This document shows, piece by piece, positions 1 through 8,670 of a stretch of 64,000 bases of DNA (position 1 is the first letter of the stretch; each line of letters opens with the position of its first letter). The notes beneath the pieces were generated by a model. The model did no database searches. It was not told where the DNA came from and saw only the letters and a list, made by a program, of their open reading frames with translations. Source of the DNA: a virus (taxonomy: Duplodnaviria; Heunggongvirae; Uroviricota; Caudoviricetes); IMG/VR virus record IMGVR_UViG_3300007735_000926, positions 133,683 to 197,682 of that record, one strand, 5' to 3'. Both the position numbers and the translations under genes were made by a program.

Positions 1-101
1 ATCATCGCAGGACCATCTTCACGATGCATGATCTTTTTCTTTTGATCAGAATAATAGATCGTGACATTTTTGCTGGCGTAGATGTATTGCTCTTGTGGCA
101 T
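1..101 (-). CDS. hypothetical protein, N-terminal fragment (gene runs off window start)
   Basis: Open minus-strand frame with ATG at 99-101; conserved upstream motif copy at 112-125. Confidence 0.4.
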   Translation of the reverse strand, partial: MPQEQYIYASKNVTIYYSDQKKKIMHREDGPAM

Positions 102-111
102 GCCAGTATTT

Positions 112-125
112 TGCTGTAGTTTTTA
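112..125 (-). promoter_or_regulatory. copy of conserved gene-upstream motif (plus-strand form TGYTGTAGTTTTTA)
   Basis: One of ~50 near-identical copies placed 8-12 nt upstream of minus-strand ATG codons. Confidence 0.6.
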
Positions 126-127
126 TT

Positions 128-430
128 TCAAATATCGAGGATTTTGCGTGTCTCGAAATCCCAAGGATCGATGCCAAATTTTTCAAGCACTTCATCATGG
201 TAATCCATCAGCGCATCGATTGGATCATTTGCACCAATTACAATGTCAACATATTCATCTATTTGCTCTTCGATGTTTGCTTTGTCTTTCGCACGTTTTG
301 TTTGAATTGTGCGATTGGAAAGACAGTAGGAACACGAACCATGATTTCTACATGTGCAATCCCAGCGAGCAGAACCACGATATTCTTTGCGCTTTTCCTT
401 TCCGTATTTGATTGCTTTATCAAGTGCCAT
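128..430 (-). CDS. hypothetical protein
   Basis: 100 aa ORF, ATG at 428-430, motif at 436-455. Confidence 0.5.
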   Translation of the reverse strand: MALDKAIKYGKEKRKEYRGSARWDCTCRNHGSCSYCLSNRTIQTKRAKDKANIEEQIDEYVDIVIGANDPIDALMDYHDEVLEKFGIDPWDFETRKILDI

Positions 431-512
431 GCGATGATTTTGCTGTAGTTTTTAAAGCAGTAACGGTATCACTGCCATATTCCGGTAGGGCATCTACTTA
501 GTGCGAAGATCT

Positions 513-683
513 TTACTTTTCTTTGGCTTTTTCGCGAGCTTCTTCAATGATCTTGTTTACAATCTCATCGATTTTTGGCGCGTTCTCGTAGCTGATCAAA
601 CCTTGGCGAACCAATTCGTGGGAGATGAATCGGAAAGCACCAGCAAGATGACCAGCTTCACGAGCGTAATTGATTGTTTCCAT
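513..683 (-). CDS. small hypothetical protein (56 aa)
   Basis: Hand-translated ORF METINYAREAGHLAG..., ATG at 681-683 preceded by motif at 690-710; below ORF-track size cutoff. Confidence 0.4.
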   Translation of the reverse strand: METINYAREAGHLAGAFRFISHELVRQGLISYENAPKIDEIVNKIIEEAREKAKEK

Positions 684-740
684 GTCGAAATTCTACTGTA
701 GTTTTTATTTTCAAAAATGTTCCATGTGGAACAAAAGCCA

Positions 741-875
741 TCAATTTTCTTCTTCTAATTTTTCAACAATTCGTTGTGCCAGCTTTTCAATCGTATCAGC
801 ACCATATCTTCCCCATACGATATCTGATTGTTCAAGAATCTTTGAAATTTTCTCGATTTTTTCGTTCTTTTCCAT
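741..875 (-). CDS. small hypothetical protein (44 aa)
   Basis: Hand-translated ORF MEKNEKIEKISKILEQ..., ATG 873-875, motif at 885-900. Confidence 0.35.
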   Translation of the reverse strand: MEKNEKIEKISKILEQSDIVWGRYGADTIEKLAQRIVEKLEEEN

Positions 876-1167
876 GGCATTATTTTATTTTAGTTTTTAC
901 CAATATCCGTCTATCCCTGTGACATTTTGACTCTATTCCTGTGTCATTTTGTCGCACCATTTTTCCTTGATTTATCAAGGTTTTAATCATTCAACCGCTG
1001 ATGATTTCCCATGATGTGGGATGATAGATATTTTTTATGTATTCGATCGTTTCTTGCCAGTTATTTTTGATCGTTTGCGATCCTTTGAACTTGCTGCTCA
1101 CAAATTCAATTCGCTTGTCATGTCGAATGAAAACCATGTGCATACAGTATTTTATTTGGATTTATTT

Positions 1168-1503
1168 TTAATATCCAGACACGGGGCGCATTTGATTCTG
1201 TTCATAAGTTGCGCTTTCCCATTCATCATCTTCATGATTTGTCTGGTCATGAAAATACCTTTTGAGAATATCGGACAGCTTATTGATTTTGTTTTGTTGT
1301 GTCTTAGTGAATGTCTGATCAAACATATTGTGATTGCTTTGGATTGCTCCGAGCAAACCACCTCCCAGATAGTTCTGGTAAGCAGACATTCTTGATCCGC
1401 TTTTGAAGCCGAATTGGCTCAGGTCAATTTCCACTCCACCTCCACGATAACTGATTTGTTCCCGAGTGATTGCGGCGATGACGTTTTCTTTGGTGACTCT
1501 CAT
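1168..1503 (-). CDS. hypothetical protein
   Basis: 111 aa ORF; motif at 1513-1530 directly upstream. Confidence 0.5.
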   Translation of the reverse strand: MRVTKENVIAAITREQISYRGGGVEIDLSQFGFKSGSRMSAYQNYLGGGLLGAIQSNHNMFDQTFTKTQQNKINKLSDILKRYFHDQTNHEDDEWESATYEQNQMRPVSGY

Positions 1504-1740
1504 GATGCCTTGATTGTATCGTAGTTTTTACTCCTCTGCGCTATTGGGATTGGCCCAAGATGTTTTCAGGTTGCCCATTTCATAGACCATGACATGTTCA
1601 ACATCTCCGACATTGTTGACCCAAGATTTAATCCATTTTTGAGGATCACCCTTTGGACAGTATTCAATGAAGAAATTTTTCTTTGGATCAACCATGTAAA
1701 CCAGTGCTATTGTTCGCATACCCTGATTCTACCCTATTTT

Positions 1741-2508
1741 TTATTCTTCGGTAATGTTGGCATACTCATATGTATACACTCTACCACTTGAGACCGTCAG
1801 TTTGATTTGACGATTCAATTCATCGTATTCATACGTATACTTGTAACCATGATTATTAATAGTGCTAATTAGATTACCTCGTTCGTCATATGCATATTCA
1901 TGCCATTCATTGGCACCAAACGTTTGTTTGGTCATACGATTAAATTCATCGTATTCAAAGGTAGCACGATATCCCCCACGTTCTTCACTAGTAATCTTGT
2001 TGCCTCTTTCATCATACGTGAAAGTGTTAAAGTTTCCAGATGGAAATGTTTTACGAACAAGACGATTGTTATCATCATAGTCCATTTTGGTATCATTTTC
2101 GAAAATCATATTGCCTCGATCATCGTATTGATATACCGTTTTATATCCGAACATATCAACTCTGCTTACAATACGATTATTTTGATCGCGTTCAACAACG
2201 TCAAAACGTTTACGCATATCTTTGGGATATTCCTCTGGAGGAACAACACGAAGCACCCTGAGTTTATCGGTGACGCTTTTATCTTCGCTGTCAATCACCT
2301 TGCCAAGAATTTCAATTTCCAGAAGAACAAAGTCATCTTCGGGAAAATAATACTTGATGGTGTCTGCCATGTTTCGACAAAAGTGAAATCCATATTTACA
2401 CAGTTGCAGCTTATCAGAGGTGTAAGTTTTGCCAACACGGTAAGTTTGATTACGACACTTGAAATTATAAGTGGCTTTGTAAGCAATGAATGGCATAGAA
2501 TTTTCCAT
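1741..2508 (-). CDS. YD-repeat (RHS-repeat) protein with conserved Cys/His N-terminal domain; paralog of 32986-33498 and 34284-34859
   Basis: C-terminal tandem YDxRGN / YEYDExNR repeats; N-terminal AYKATYNFKCRNQTYRVGKTYTSDKL..C.YGFHFC shared with two paralogs; track ORF begins at a GTG (2556), ATG candidates at 2508 and 2496. Confidence 0.6.
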   Translation of the reverse strand: MENSMPFIAYKATYNFKCRNQTYRVGKTYTSDKLQLCKYGFHFCRNMADTIKYYFPEDDFVLLEIEILGKVIDSEDKSVTDKLRVLRVVPPEEYPKDMRKRFDVVERDQNNRIVSRVDMFGYKTVYQYDDRGNMIFENDTKMDYDDNNRLVRKTFPSGNFNTFTYDERGNKITSEERGGYRATFEYDEFNRMTKQTFGANEWHEYAYDERGNLISTINNHGYKYTYEYDELNRQIKLTVSSGRVYTYEYANITEE

Positions 2509-2594
2509 AAGTTTTTCAGTTGAAGATTGTATTGATAAAGGTGCCGTTGCTGTCACGAACGAAAGTTACAATGGTGTCGTCCTGAATAGTTAAA

Positions 2595-2996
2595 TTATTC
2601 GATGGAGTCGAGAGCAGCAGCGATGTTTTTGATAACGTTGACAGGGTAAGCGATGTTATTGATAACAACACGATCTTTTGTGACAATTGCAATGATATTG
2701 CTATCGCATTCAACAATCACAGGTTCTTTGTGTCGTTCAACAGGTTCTTCATGTCGTTCAATAAGTTCAAAGCAATTAGGATCAAAAGTGTAAACACCAT
2801 CTTGATCATCATAATCCCAGTCTCCAATCAATTTGCCTTGTGCATCATTGAAACCAATGCCACCTGTTGAATTAACATAAGCGACAGTATGAATACCATG
2901 GATATTTATATCGTGTTTTGCACATTTTTCACTCCAAAAACCATCGATACAGCTGAAACGCCTAACTTTATCGCCAACCTTGAATTTATTAAACAT
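2595..2996 (-). CDS. hypothetical protein (FKxGDKVRR N-terminal family)
   Basis: 133 aa; N-terminus MFNKFKVGDKVRR resembles 5300-5878 product. Confidence 0.45.
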   Translation of the reverse strand: MFNKFKVGDKVRRFSCIDGFWSEKCAKHDINIHGIHTVAYVNSTGGIGFNDAQGKLIGDWDYDDQDGVYTFDPNCFELIERHEEPVERHKEPVIVECDSNIIAIVTKDRVVINNIAYPVNVIKNIAAALDSIE

Positions 2997-3016
2997 ATTT
3001 TTGGACGTTGTTACAA

Positions 3017-3295
3017 TTAACCAACCACTCCGTCATTCCAATGCCCGAGATACAAAGCAGGGCTGTTGCTGCTATCATTGTCCCATGCTGCAATAACATC
3101 AAATTCATTGGCATTGCCTTTAATCACAAGGCGAAGATGATCCCAATCAGTAGCATCGCACCTTGGTGAAATGGCAACTTCTTTAAGCAGCGTGTTGTTA
3201 GAAGTATCAATGAATCGGACAAGCTCGATACACTTCTTAGGCTCAGGCTTAACGGCAGTTTCGATATTGACTGGAGTTGAATAGGTAGTGGTCAT
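3017..3295 (-). CDS. hypothetical protein
   Basis: 92 aa ORF; motif at 3305-3322. Confidence 0.5.
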   Translation of the reverse strand: MTTTYSTPVNIETAVKPEPKKCIELVRFIDTSNNTLLKEVAISPRCDATDWDHLRLVIKGNANEFDVIAAWDNDSSNSPALYLGHWNDGVVG

Positions 3296-3304
3296 GATGC
3301 TTTG

Positions 3305-3322
3305 ATTGTATTGTAGTTTTTA
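3305..3322 (-). promoter_or_regulatory. conserved gene-upstream motif copy (ATTGTATTGTAGTTTTTA)
   Basis: Canonical copy; minus sense TAAAAACTACAATACAAT, ATG 10 nt downstream. Confidence 0.6.
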
Positions 3323-3327
3323 CAGAA

Positions 3328-3744
3328 TCAGATGGACTTGAGTTCGTCTGCAATGTCCTTGTCGGTAAACCCAGCATCGCGAAGATTTTTAACAGCGTCC
3401 GCAAATTCTTCACGCATTTCATCAAAATGCTTTCGAATAAGATAAGAACTGCGAATTTCGATCATTTCAAGGAAATGCTTGGCTTCGGCAACATTTTTGT
3501 CTTTAATAGCACCGTAAAAACCATTATCACCTCCAAGAGTGACGAGAAGTTCATCATCTGGCTTACCCTTCTCATCACGAGGAATAACAGCGCATTGATT
3601 GCCACAAGCACACGTTGTCCAGCTATGAGCTTTTGTGAAGGCATCATCCCATTCCTTTTCAGTAATACGGGCCTTATTGAGGAACTTGTTCCAATCGAAA
3701 GGCTTTTCTCCGACAGTTTCGCTGTAAGTAGTGGTTGGTTTCAT
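3328..3744 (-). CDS. hypothetical protein
   Basis: 138 aa ORF; motif at 3752-3770. Confidence 0.5.
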   Translation of the reverse strand: MKPTTTYSETVGEKPFDWNKFLNKARITEKEWDDAFTKAHSWTTCACGNQCAVIPRDEKGKPDDELLVTLGGDNGFYGAIKDKNVAEAKHFLEMIEIRSSYLIRKHFDEMREEFADAVKNLRDAGFTDKDIADELKSI

Positions 3745-3776
3745 GTCGTTATTGTATCGTAGTTTTTACCGCTCGA

Positions 3777-4283
3777 TCAGTTGGTGGACAACTTGAACGG
3801 AGAAACAATGCAACGTGGTTCAACAAGCACAGGAACAACCTTGGTGCCATTGGGGTCTTTCATCATAACCCAAGTGCCATCAGCACTGGCAGGGCTGAAA
3901 AGACCATTAGGATCAGCTTGTGGAAGAGTCACATAACCGCCACCGCTAGAATAACGCTCAATCTTTTCAGGATTGGTAAATTGGGTGCTGTATGGCAAAC
4001 CATATCCAATACTTTCGCCAAGAAACACCAGCTTGCCAGTAGCTTCGGCAACAATATAGGTGTAAGTGGTAAGACCTTCTTGGTCCCTCAGTTCAAGAAT
4101 ATCCTTGGCAAGCTTACGCTCACGGAAGTTCTTGATAGCGGGCATGCCAACAGAAGAAGTGGCTTCTTGAAGAATAGATTCTTGTTGTTTTTGCTGCTTA
4201 CTATCAGATGATTGTTCAATATCACAGGATGAGAGAGAAAAGGCGGAAAGAATAACGGCGAGACGAATGATGTTCATTTTCAT
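3777..4283 (-). CDS. putative lipoprotein
   Basis: N-terminal signal peptide MKMNIIRLAVILSAFSLSSC with lipobox-like LSSC. Confidence 0.5.
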   Translation of the reverse strand: MKMNIIRLAVILSAFSLSSCDIEQSSDSKQQKQQESILQEATSSVGMPAIKNFRERKLAKDILELRDQEGLTTYTYIVAEATGKLVFLGESIGYGLPYSTQFTNPEKIERYSSGGGYVTLPQADPNGLFSPASADGTWVMMKDPNGTKVVPVLVEPRCIVSPFKLSTN

Positions 4284-4295
4284 ATTATTTTATTA

Positions 4296-4619
4296 TTAGT
4301 AGGAGTTACGAAGTTCACGGATAAAGTTACGAAGATCAACGGGAGCATCATCCATAGGATAATCAGCAGCACGATGAAGAATGATACTCTTGAGAGCAGT
4401 CTTGTGTTCAGGAGATGCCTTGATATATTCAAACTGCATATTCTGAAGTTCTTGAATCATTCCCTGATTGTAAGCCTTGGATTGTTCAAAGGTTTCCCGA
4501 CGAACAGCTTCATACTTGGGATCGAAAAACTTTTTCATGGCAAGGTCGGTGCCTTGAGAAAAGAATCCAGTTGCGACAATGGCGAAAATTCCGCCAATGA
4601 TAATTATTGTTGTTTTCAT
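4296..4619 (-). CDS. small membrane protein
   Basis: N-terminal hydrophobic helix TTIIIIGGIFAIVATGFF. Confidence 0.45.
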   Translation of the reverse strand: MKTTIIIIGGIFAIVATGFFSQGTDLAMKKFFDPKYEAVRRETFEQSKAYNQGMIQELQNMQFEYIKASPEHKTALKSIILHRAADYPMDDAPVDLRNFIRELRNSY

Positions 4620-4667
4620 GAGATGTCAGTATTGTATTATATTTTTAATCGGTTTATTTTTGGAATC

Positions 4668-4979
4668 TTATTGATAAAGTTCAACAATCTTCTTGGCAGA
4701 AGCAAGACTCAAGAGCATATTATCAGAAGTTCCATAATCCCCATACTCAGCAGGATAACAACTTTTGATTGCATCCAGACGATCTTTGTTTCCGAAGGAA
4801 TATTCACGGAGAGCTTTGATGGCAGCAATCTTTTGATTGCTACGAATCAAATGAACAAAGACGCTTTCAATTTGCTGCTTGTTGTCTTGATAACACACAA
4901 GACTGGTAACATACCTGCGAAACTTTTCAGAGTTCTGCATGCAGTCCATAATAACTTCAGATGGGAGATTGATTTTCAT
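4668..4979 (-). CDS. hypothetical protein
   Basis: 103 aa ORF; motif at 4990-5005. Confidence 0.45.
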   Translation of the reverse strand: MKINLPSEVIMDCMQNSEKFRRYVTSLVCYQDNKQQIESVFVHLIRSNQKIAAIKALREYSFGNKDRLDAIKSCYPAEYGDYGTSDNMLLSLASAKKIVELYQ

Positions 4980-5011
4980 TTTGATGGGGTGATTCTACTC
5001 TAGTTTTTATC

Positions 5012-5263
5012 TCACCAATACTTGCCAACGAAGTGAAAGATGACGTAGATAAGCCAAGCTGAAAAACTCAGCGAAAGAATGACGCCAATAAGCCAAACAG
5101 AGAGTAAGATTTTATCAAAACGACGTTTCATATTATTATTTTGAATTGGAAAGTTAGACGGGCGGGTTCTCCGAAGAGAATGACCACTAACGCTACCGTC
5201 ATTGCGAGGATTACCTACAGTGTGTTTGCAACTGTCACCGTTGCTTATCATAGCTTTCGCCAC
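5012..5263 (-). CDS. small membrane protein
   Basis: C-terminal TM helix ILLSVWLIGVILSLSFSAWLIYVIF. Confidence 0.4.
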   Translation of the reverse strand: MAKAMISNGDSCKHTVGNPRNDGSVSGHSLRRTRPSNFPIQNNNMKRRFDKILLSVWLIGVILSLSFSAWLIYVIFHFVGKYW

Positions 5264-5299
5264 CTGCTACTAGCCAGTGACTAACTGGCGAGGATGTTA

Positions 5300-5878
5300 T
5301 TAGAGCTTATTGTGAGCTTCGATGATTTCCTGAATCTTTTCAATTGGGAATGTCTGACATCCAACCTTAACGCTGCCTTTGGAAACAACAGCGGTGTAGC
5401 TGCCGTTAATAAGTTCAACGCTAATATTGGATGGCACTTCGTTCACAAGTTGAACAGGATAGTTCATATTATTGAACCTAACACCAACAACCCAACCATT
5501 GTCTCTGAGAAACTTTTCACAAGTGTGACCAAGCCCAACATTGTCTGTCTTGTCCTGACGAAAGATCACACCTGATACGGTATACTTAGAGGGACCGTCA
5601 TCACATACGATCTTCTTGCCAATCAGACTCTTAGCATGAGTGTATGCCTTTTCGATTTCAGACTCTTTGGCGTCTTTGACGAGTTCGAAAAAATTTTCTG
5701 CATATTTGCTACCTCTCCCAAGTTCTTTCAGAATAACACCGCCATCGTTAAGATGCTCATACACTTCAAAAATAGCATCCGGCTCGACCTTATGAGCATG
5801 GCAAATGTCTGTCCACCAGCCATCTATGTTGCCAGCTTTACGACGAACTTTATCTCCTGTTTTAAATTGAATTTCCAT
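5300..5878 (-). CDS. hypothetical protein (FKxGDKVRR family; shares C-terminal VKVGCQ motif with next gene)
   Basis: N-terminal MEIQFKTGDKVRR; C-terminal SVKVGCQTFPIEKIQEI similar to 5900-6310 product IKVGCQEISYDLLKKI. Confidence 0.5.
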   Translation of the reverse strand: MEIQFKTGDKVRRKAGNIDGWWTDICHAHKVEPDAIFEVYEHLNDGGVILKELGRGSKYAENFFELVKDAKESEIEKAYTHAKSLIGKKIVCDDGPSKYTVSGVIFRQDKTDNVGLGHTCEKFLRDNGWVVGVRFNNMNYPVQLVNEVPSNISVELINGSYTAVVSKGSVKVGCQTFPIEKIQEIIEAHNKL

Positions 5879-5884
5879 GTTGTT

Positions 5885-5902
5885 ATTGTATTGTAGTTTT
5901 TA
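5885..5902 (-). promoter_or_regulatory. conserved gene-upstream motif copy
   Basis: ATTGTATTGTAGTTTTTA; TAA stop of upstream gene (5900-5902) is the first three bases of the motif on the minus strand. Confidence 0.6.
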
Positions 5903-6310
5903 CTTGTTTTTGACCTTGGTAGCAGTTTCGTAGATTTTCTTCAGAAGATCGTAAGAGATTTCCTGACAACCAACCTTGATATCTCCACCCTTCTTGAACT
6001 CTGCTTTGTAGCTGTCAGAAATCTTGATAGGTTCGGGCATTTGAACCTCAACCTTTTGAAGCACATAGAATGGATATGATAGACCAATATATCCATTGGA
6101 ATCTTTAAGAGTAATACCGCTTCCTTCGTTGTCACGATAAACAGTAAGCGTCTTGCCTACTTGACAATTCATTTCAGGAGTCCAACTATTGTGCCAACCA
6201 TGTTCGTGTCTTTTAGCAGTAGAAAGAACCTTAACAGAATCGCCCTCTTTGAGGTCAACCATTTTGATCCATGCTTTTTGAGCTTCGACGTATTGTTCGT
6301 ATTGGTTCAT
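5900..6310 (-). CDS. hypothetical protein
   Basis: 136 aa ORF; motif at 6318-6336. Confidence 0.5.
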   Translation of the reverse strand: MNQYEQYVEAQKAWIKMVDLKEGDSVKVLSTAKRHEHGWHNSWTPEMNCQVGKTLTVYRDNEGSGITLKDSNGYIGLSYPFYVLQKVEVQMPEPIKISDSYKAEFKKGGDIKVGCQEISYDLLKKIYETATKVKNK

Positions 6311-6337
6311 GTCGTAATTGTATTGTAGTTTTTTAAT

Positions 6338-6829
6338 TCAGGCGAAAACGGATGCGTAAATCTCAGTTCCGAAAGTGGTGAGAATATAATTCTTGCCTTC
6401 TTGCGTCAAACCATTTTCATCCCAATGTTCATCAGTGTCATGCAAGTCTTGCATTGCAGACCACACCTTGATGTGAACACCATGATACTTTTCTTGGAAC
6501 ATGCTGTCAAAACATGGATATTCATTTTTAATCTGCGTTGGAATACACTCAATACCAAACGATTGATCTTGTTCCACAGCGTGAAAAACTTTGAGAGCAT
6601 CCTCAGTAAGACAACGACCAACGGCACACATGTTACCGATATCGCTTTTATAGACACAAGCAGTTCCATAACTTGCTCGATTGCCAGAATTGTAGTGAGC
6701 AACGGTTTCTTTAACCAAAGAAACAACGGTATCGTAATTATCTTTGATTGACTGGCGCACTTCAACAAGAGTATCGGGTGTCCAGTAGCCGATAATATTC
6801 TTGGATTGGAAAGGGAGGATAGTTGCCAT
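6338..6829 (-). CDS. hypothetical protein
   Basis: 163 aa ORF; motif at 6838-6856. Confidence 0.5.
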   Translation of the reverse strand: MATILPFQSKNIIGYWTPDTLVEVRQSIKDNYDTVVSLVKETVAHYNSGNRASYGTACVYKSDIGNMCAVGRCLTEDALKVFHAVEQDQSFGIECIPTQIKNEYPCFDSMFQEKYHGVHIKVWSAMQDLHDTDEHWDENGLTQEGKNYILTTFGTEIYASVFA

Positions 6830-6860
6830 GTCGTAATTGTATTGTAGTTTTTAAATTATT

Positions 6861-7199
6861 TTAGAAATCCTGAACAATGATACCACCTTGAAATTCAATT
6901 AGTTGTGTGTGATCATTAAGATAATCTTTGATGCGCTCATCAATTTCATCATCCTCTTCATCTTCATCAACATTGATTTCATCTTTCCACGAATCACCAA
7001 AGTAATCTTGCGCCCAATCTTGAAAAGAATCGAATTCAGAATATTCAGAGCGAATTGCGACAGCATCCAATTCGATCTCCTCACCCAAATCTTCTTCCAA
7101 TTGTTCCAGATATTCAGCCAATTCTTCGGCTCCGCGATAGGAAAATCCAGCGGTGTAGAGTGCCATTTGAATTTCATGGGTGGTGAGCGTCTTTTTCAT
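6861..7199 (-). CDS. acidic hypothetical protein
   Basis: 112 aa, Asp/Glu-rich; motif at 7203-7222. Confidence 0.45.
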   Translation of the reverse strand: MKKTLTTHEIQMALYTAGFSYRGAEELAEYLEQLEEDLGEEIELDAVAIRSEYSEFDSFQDWAQDYFGDSWKDEINVDEDEEDDEIDERIKDYLNDHTQLIEFQGGIIVQDF

Positions 7200-7223
7200 G
7201 TGTTAATTGTATTGTAGTTTTTA

Positions 7224-7598
7224 TCAATCGAAATCGAATCCAAGAATCAGATACCAATCTCCAATCTTGGCTTCTTCGAAATTGCCTGTTCTTGAAAAAT
7301 TGTAACGATCCTTCGAATCATAAAGATGATCCCATTCTGAAGGACGGAAACCCTTGTTGGCACAATAGACAGGATGGGATTCGTAATTATCTAAAAAAGT
7401 GGCACCCATCTTGATATCAATCTCAGCTTGGTCGTAAGGCATCTCCTTTACACCAACACCGCGCCATTTGTTTGAAATTTCTTCTGCCTTGGCCAATAGA
7501 TGATTGGCGTTTTCCTGCCAACCTTCAGGATAACATCCGAATGTTTCATGATAGGTTCTCACCCAAGATGGAAATTCAAAAGTATTGTTGAATTGCAT
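7224..7598 (-). CDS. hypothetical protein
   Basis: 124 aa ORF. Confidence 0.45.
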   Translation of the reverse strand: MQFNNTFEFPSWVRTYHETFGCYPEGWQENANHLLAKAEEISNKWRGVGVKEMPYDQAEIDIKMGATFLDNYESHPVYCANKGFRPSEWDHLYDSKDRYNFSRTGNFEEAKIGDWYLILGFDFD

Positions 7599-7623
7599 TT
7601 TTTATTTTTATTCGATTTGAAGA

Positions 7624-7705
7624 TAGCGTTGACAGGACTCGAACCTGCATGCTGTTAAGCGACTGATTTTGAGTCAGTTGTGAATACCAATTCCACCACA
7701 ACGCC
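7624..7705 (-). tRNA. tRNA-Leu (anticodon CAA), type II with long variable arm
   Basis: Hand fold: acceptor GGCGTTG/CAACGCT, D stem GTGG/TCAC, anticodon loop CTCAAAA, variable arm, T arm GCAGG-TTCGAGT-CCTGT. Confidence 0.7.
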
Positions 7706-7715
7706 GTTTTGAGAG

Positions 7716-7789
7716 TTGTCCAGAGGGGACTCGAACCCCTGACCCGACCCTTATAAAGAATCCGCTCTAACCAACTGAGCTACTGGACG
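7716..7789 (-). tRNA. tRNA, anticodon loop TTTATAA (apparent UAU, Ile reading AUA); C1-A72 mismatch
   Basis: Cloverleaf: D arm GCTC-AGTTGGTTA-GAGC, anticodon stem GATTC/GGGTC, T arm AGGGG-TTCGAGT-CCCCT. Confidence 0.6.
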
Positions 7790-7856
7790 TTTGAATTTTA
7801 CTGTAGTTTTTATCCGATCTTTTCTTCCACCAGAGATTTACAATTAGGGGTAAGGG

Positions 7857-7945
7857 TAAGAGCGGTGGGATTCGAACCCACAACCGTTCTGGACGGATTT
7901 GACCGATTATGAGTCGGCTGGTTTAACCATTCACCTCACACTCTT
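7857..7945 (-). tRNA. type II (long variable arm) tRNA with CAU anticodon loop CTCATAA; unusual combination
   Basis: 89 nt; 3-bp D stem with long D loop, anticodon stem GCCGA/TCGGT, variable arm hairpin CCGT-CCAGAA-ACGG, T arm GTGGG-TTCGAAT-CCCAC. Confidence 0.5.
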
Positions 7946-7960
7946 ATGAAAATTAAAGTG

Positions 7961-8045
7961 TGGCCACATCGGGACTCGAACCCGAACGCCCGAAGGGGCA
8001 GCAGATTTTAAATCTGCGGTGTCTACCAAGTTCCACCACATGGCC
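7961..8045 (-). tRNA. tRNA-Leu (anticodon UAA), type II
   Basis: Anticodon stem GCAGA/TCTGC with loop TTTAAAA, variable arm GCCC-CTTC-GGGC, T arm TCGGG-TTCGAGT-CCCGA. Confidence 0.65.
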
Positions 8046-8074
8046 ATATGAAAATTGTAATCTAGTTTTTTAAA

Positions 8075-8153
8075 TGGAGGGACAGACTGGATTCGAACCA
8101 GCATTGAATCCATTACGGTGCTACTCCTTAGAAGGGAGTTCCGATACAGTCCC
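8075..8153 (-). tRNA. tRNA-like gene with encoded CCA; irregular fold (anticodon-like hairpin loop CTTCTAA, UCU/Arg?)
   Basis: T arm GCTGG-TTCGAAT-CCAGT followed by acceptor CTGTCCC-T-CCA; 5' GGGACTG pairs with one mismatch; standard D arm not resolvable by eye. Confidence 0.4.
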
Positions 8154-8189
8154 ATTTGAAAGCATTGAACAAGACGCTTTTAACGACAT

Positions 8190-8335
8190 TTAAGCTATCA
8201 GCCCTGTTGGATAGGCGGGCCTTCCACGACCAACCCTGCGGGGACTGGATCTCCTTGTCCGAAATGGTCGCTCCCCATGACAGGTCATGATCCCATCGCG
8301 CTTGCAAGCAGGGAGCTATTGAGTATTTACAACAA
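8190..8335 (-). ncRNA. GC-rich noncoding island adjacent to tRNA cluster; candidate structured RNA
   Basis: ~145 bp with GC content well above the AT-rich surroundings, no ORF, lies between tRNA cluster and next gene. Confidence 0.25.
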
Positions 8336-8358
8336 ATTCCTGAAAAGTCAATAGTCTA

Positions 8359-8670
8359 TCACAGACCCATGATTTTCTTGATTTCCCCGTAGGTTATTTT
8401 TCGACTGGAATACCAAATCTCATCGCCCACAGTGGTATCAATACTCTCTTCCAGAGTTGCAACAACTTCCACATCCTTGGAAGGTTCAATTGATATGAAA
8501 TCATAAAAGCCACAACTAACATTTTTAACATTCAAAACATCCTGTGCATAATGAACCATCACGCATCCGCATTCATAGTCGGAATTGGAACCTCGCATAT
8601 AAACTTCGCGAGCATCGTCCTGAGATTTGATGAAATCGACCAACTCCTGTTTACTTACCTTCTTCTCCAT
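8359..8670 (-). CDS. hypothetical protein
   Basis: 103 aa; motif at 8680-8698. Confidence 0.45.
   Translation of the reverse strand: MEKKVSKQELVDFIKSQDDAREVYMRGSNSDYECGCVMVHYAQDVLNVKNVSCGFYDFISIEPSKDVEVVATLEESIDTTVGDEIWYSSRKITYGEIKKIMGL

Noticed and set aside
82-448. Plus-strand ORFs 82-411 and 95-448
   Set aside because: They overlap a minus-strand gene that has the conserved upstream motif and a proper start; they are Cys/His-rich shadow frames of AT-rich coding DNA.
1900-2523. Plus-strand 207-aa ORF
   Set aside because: Antisense to the YD-repeat gene; repeat-driven open frame.
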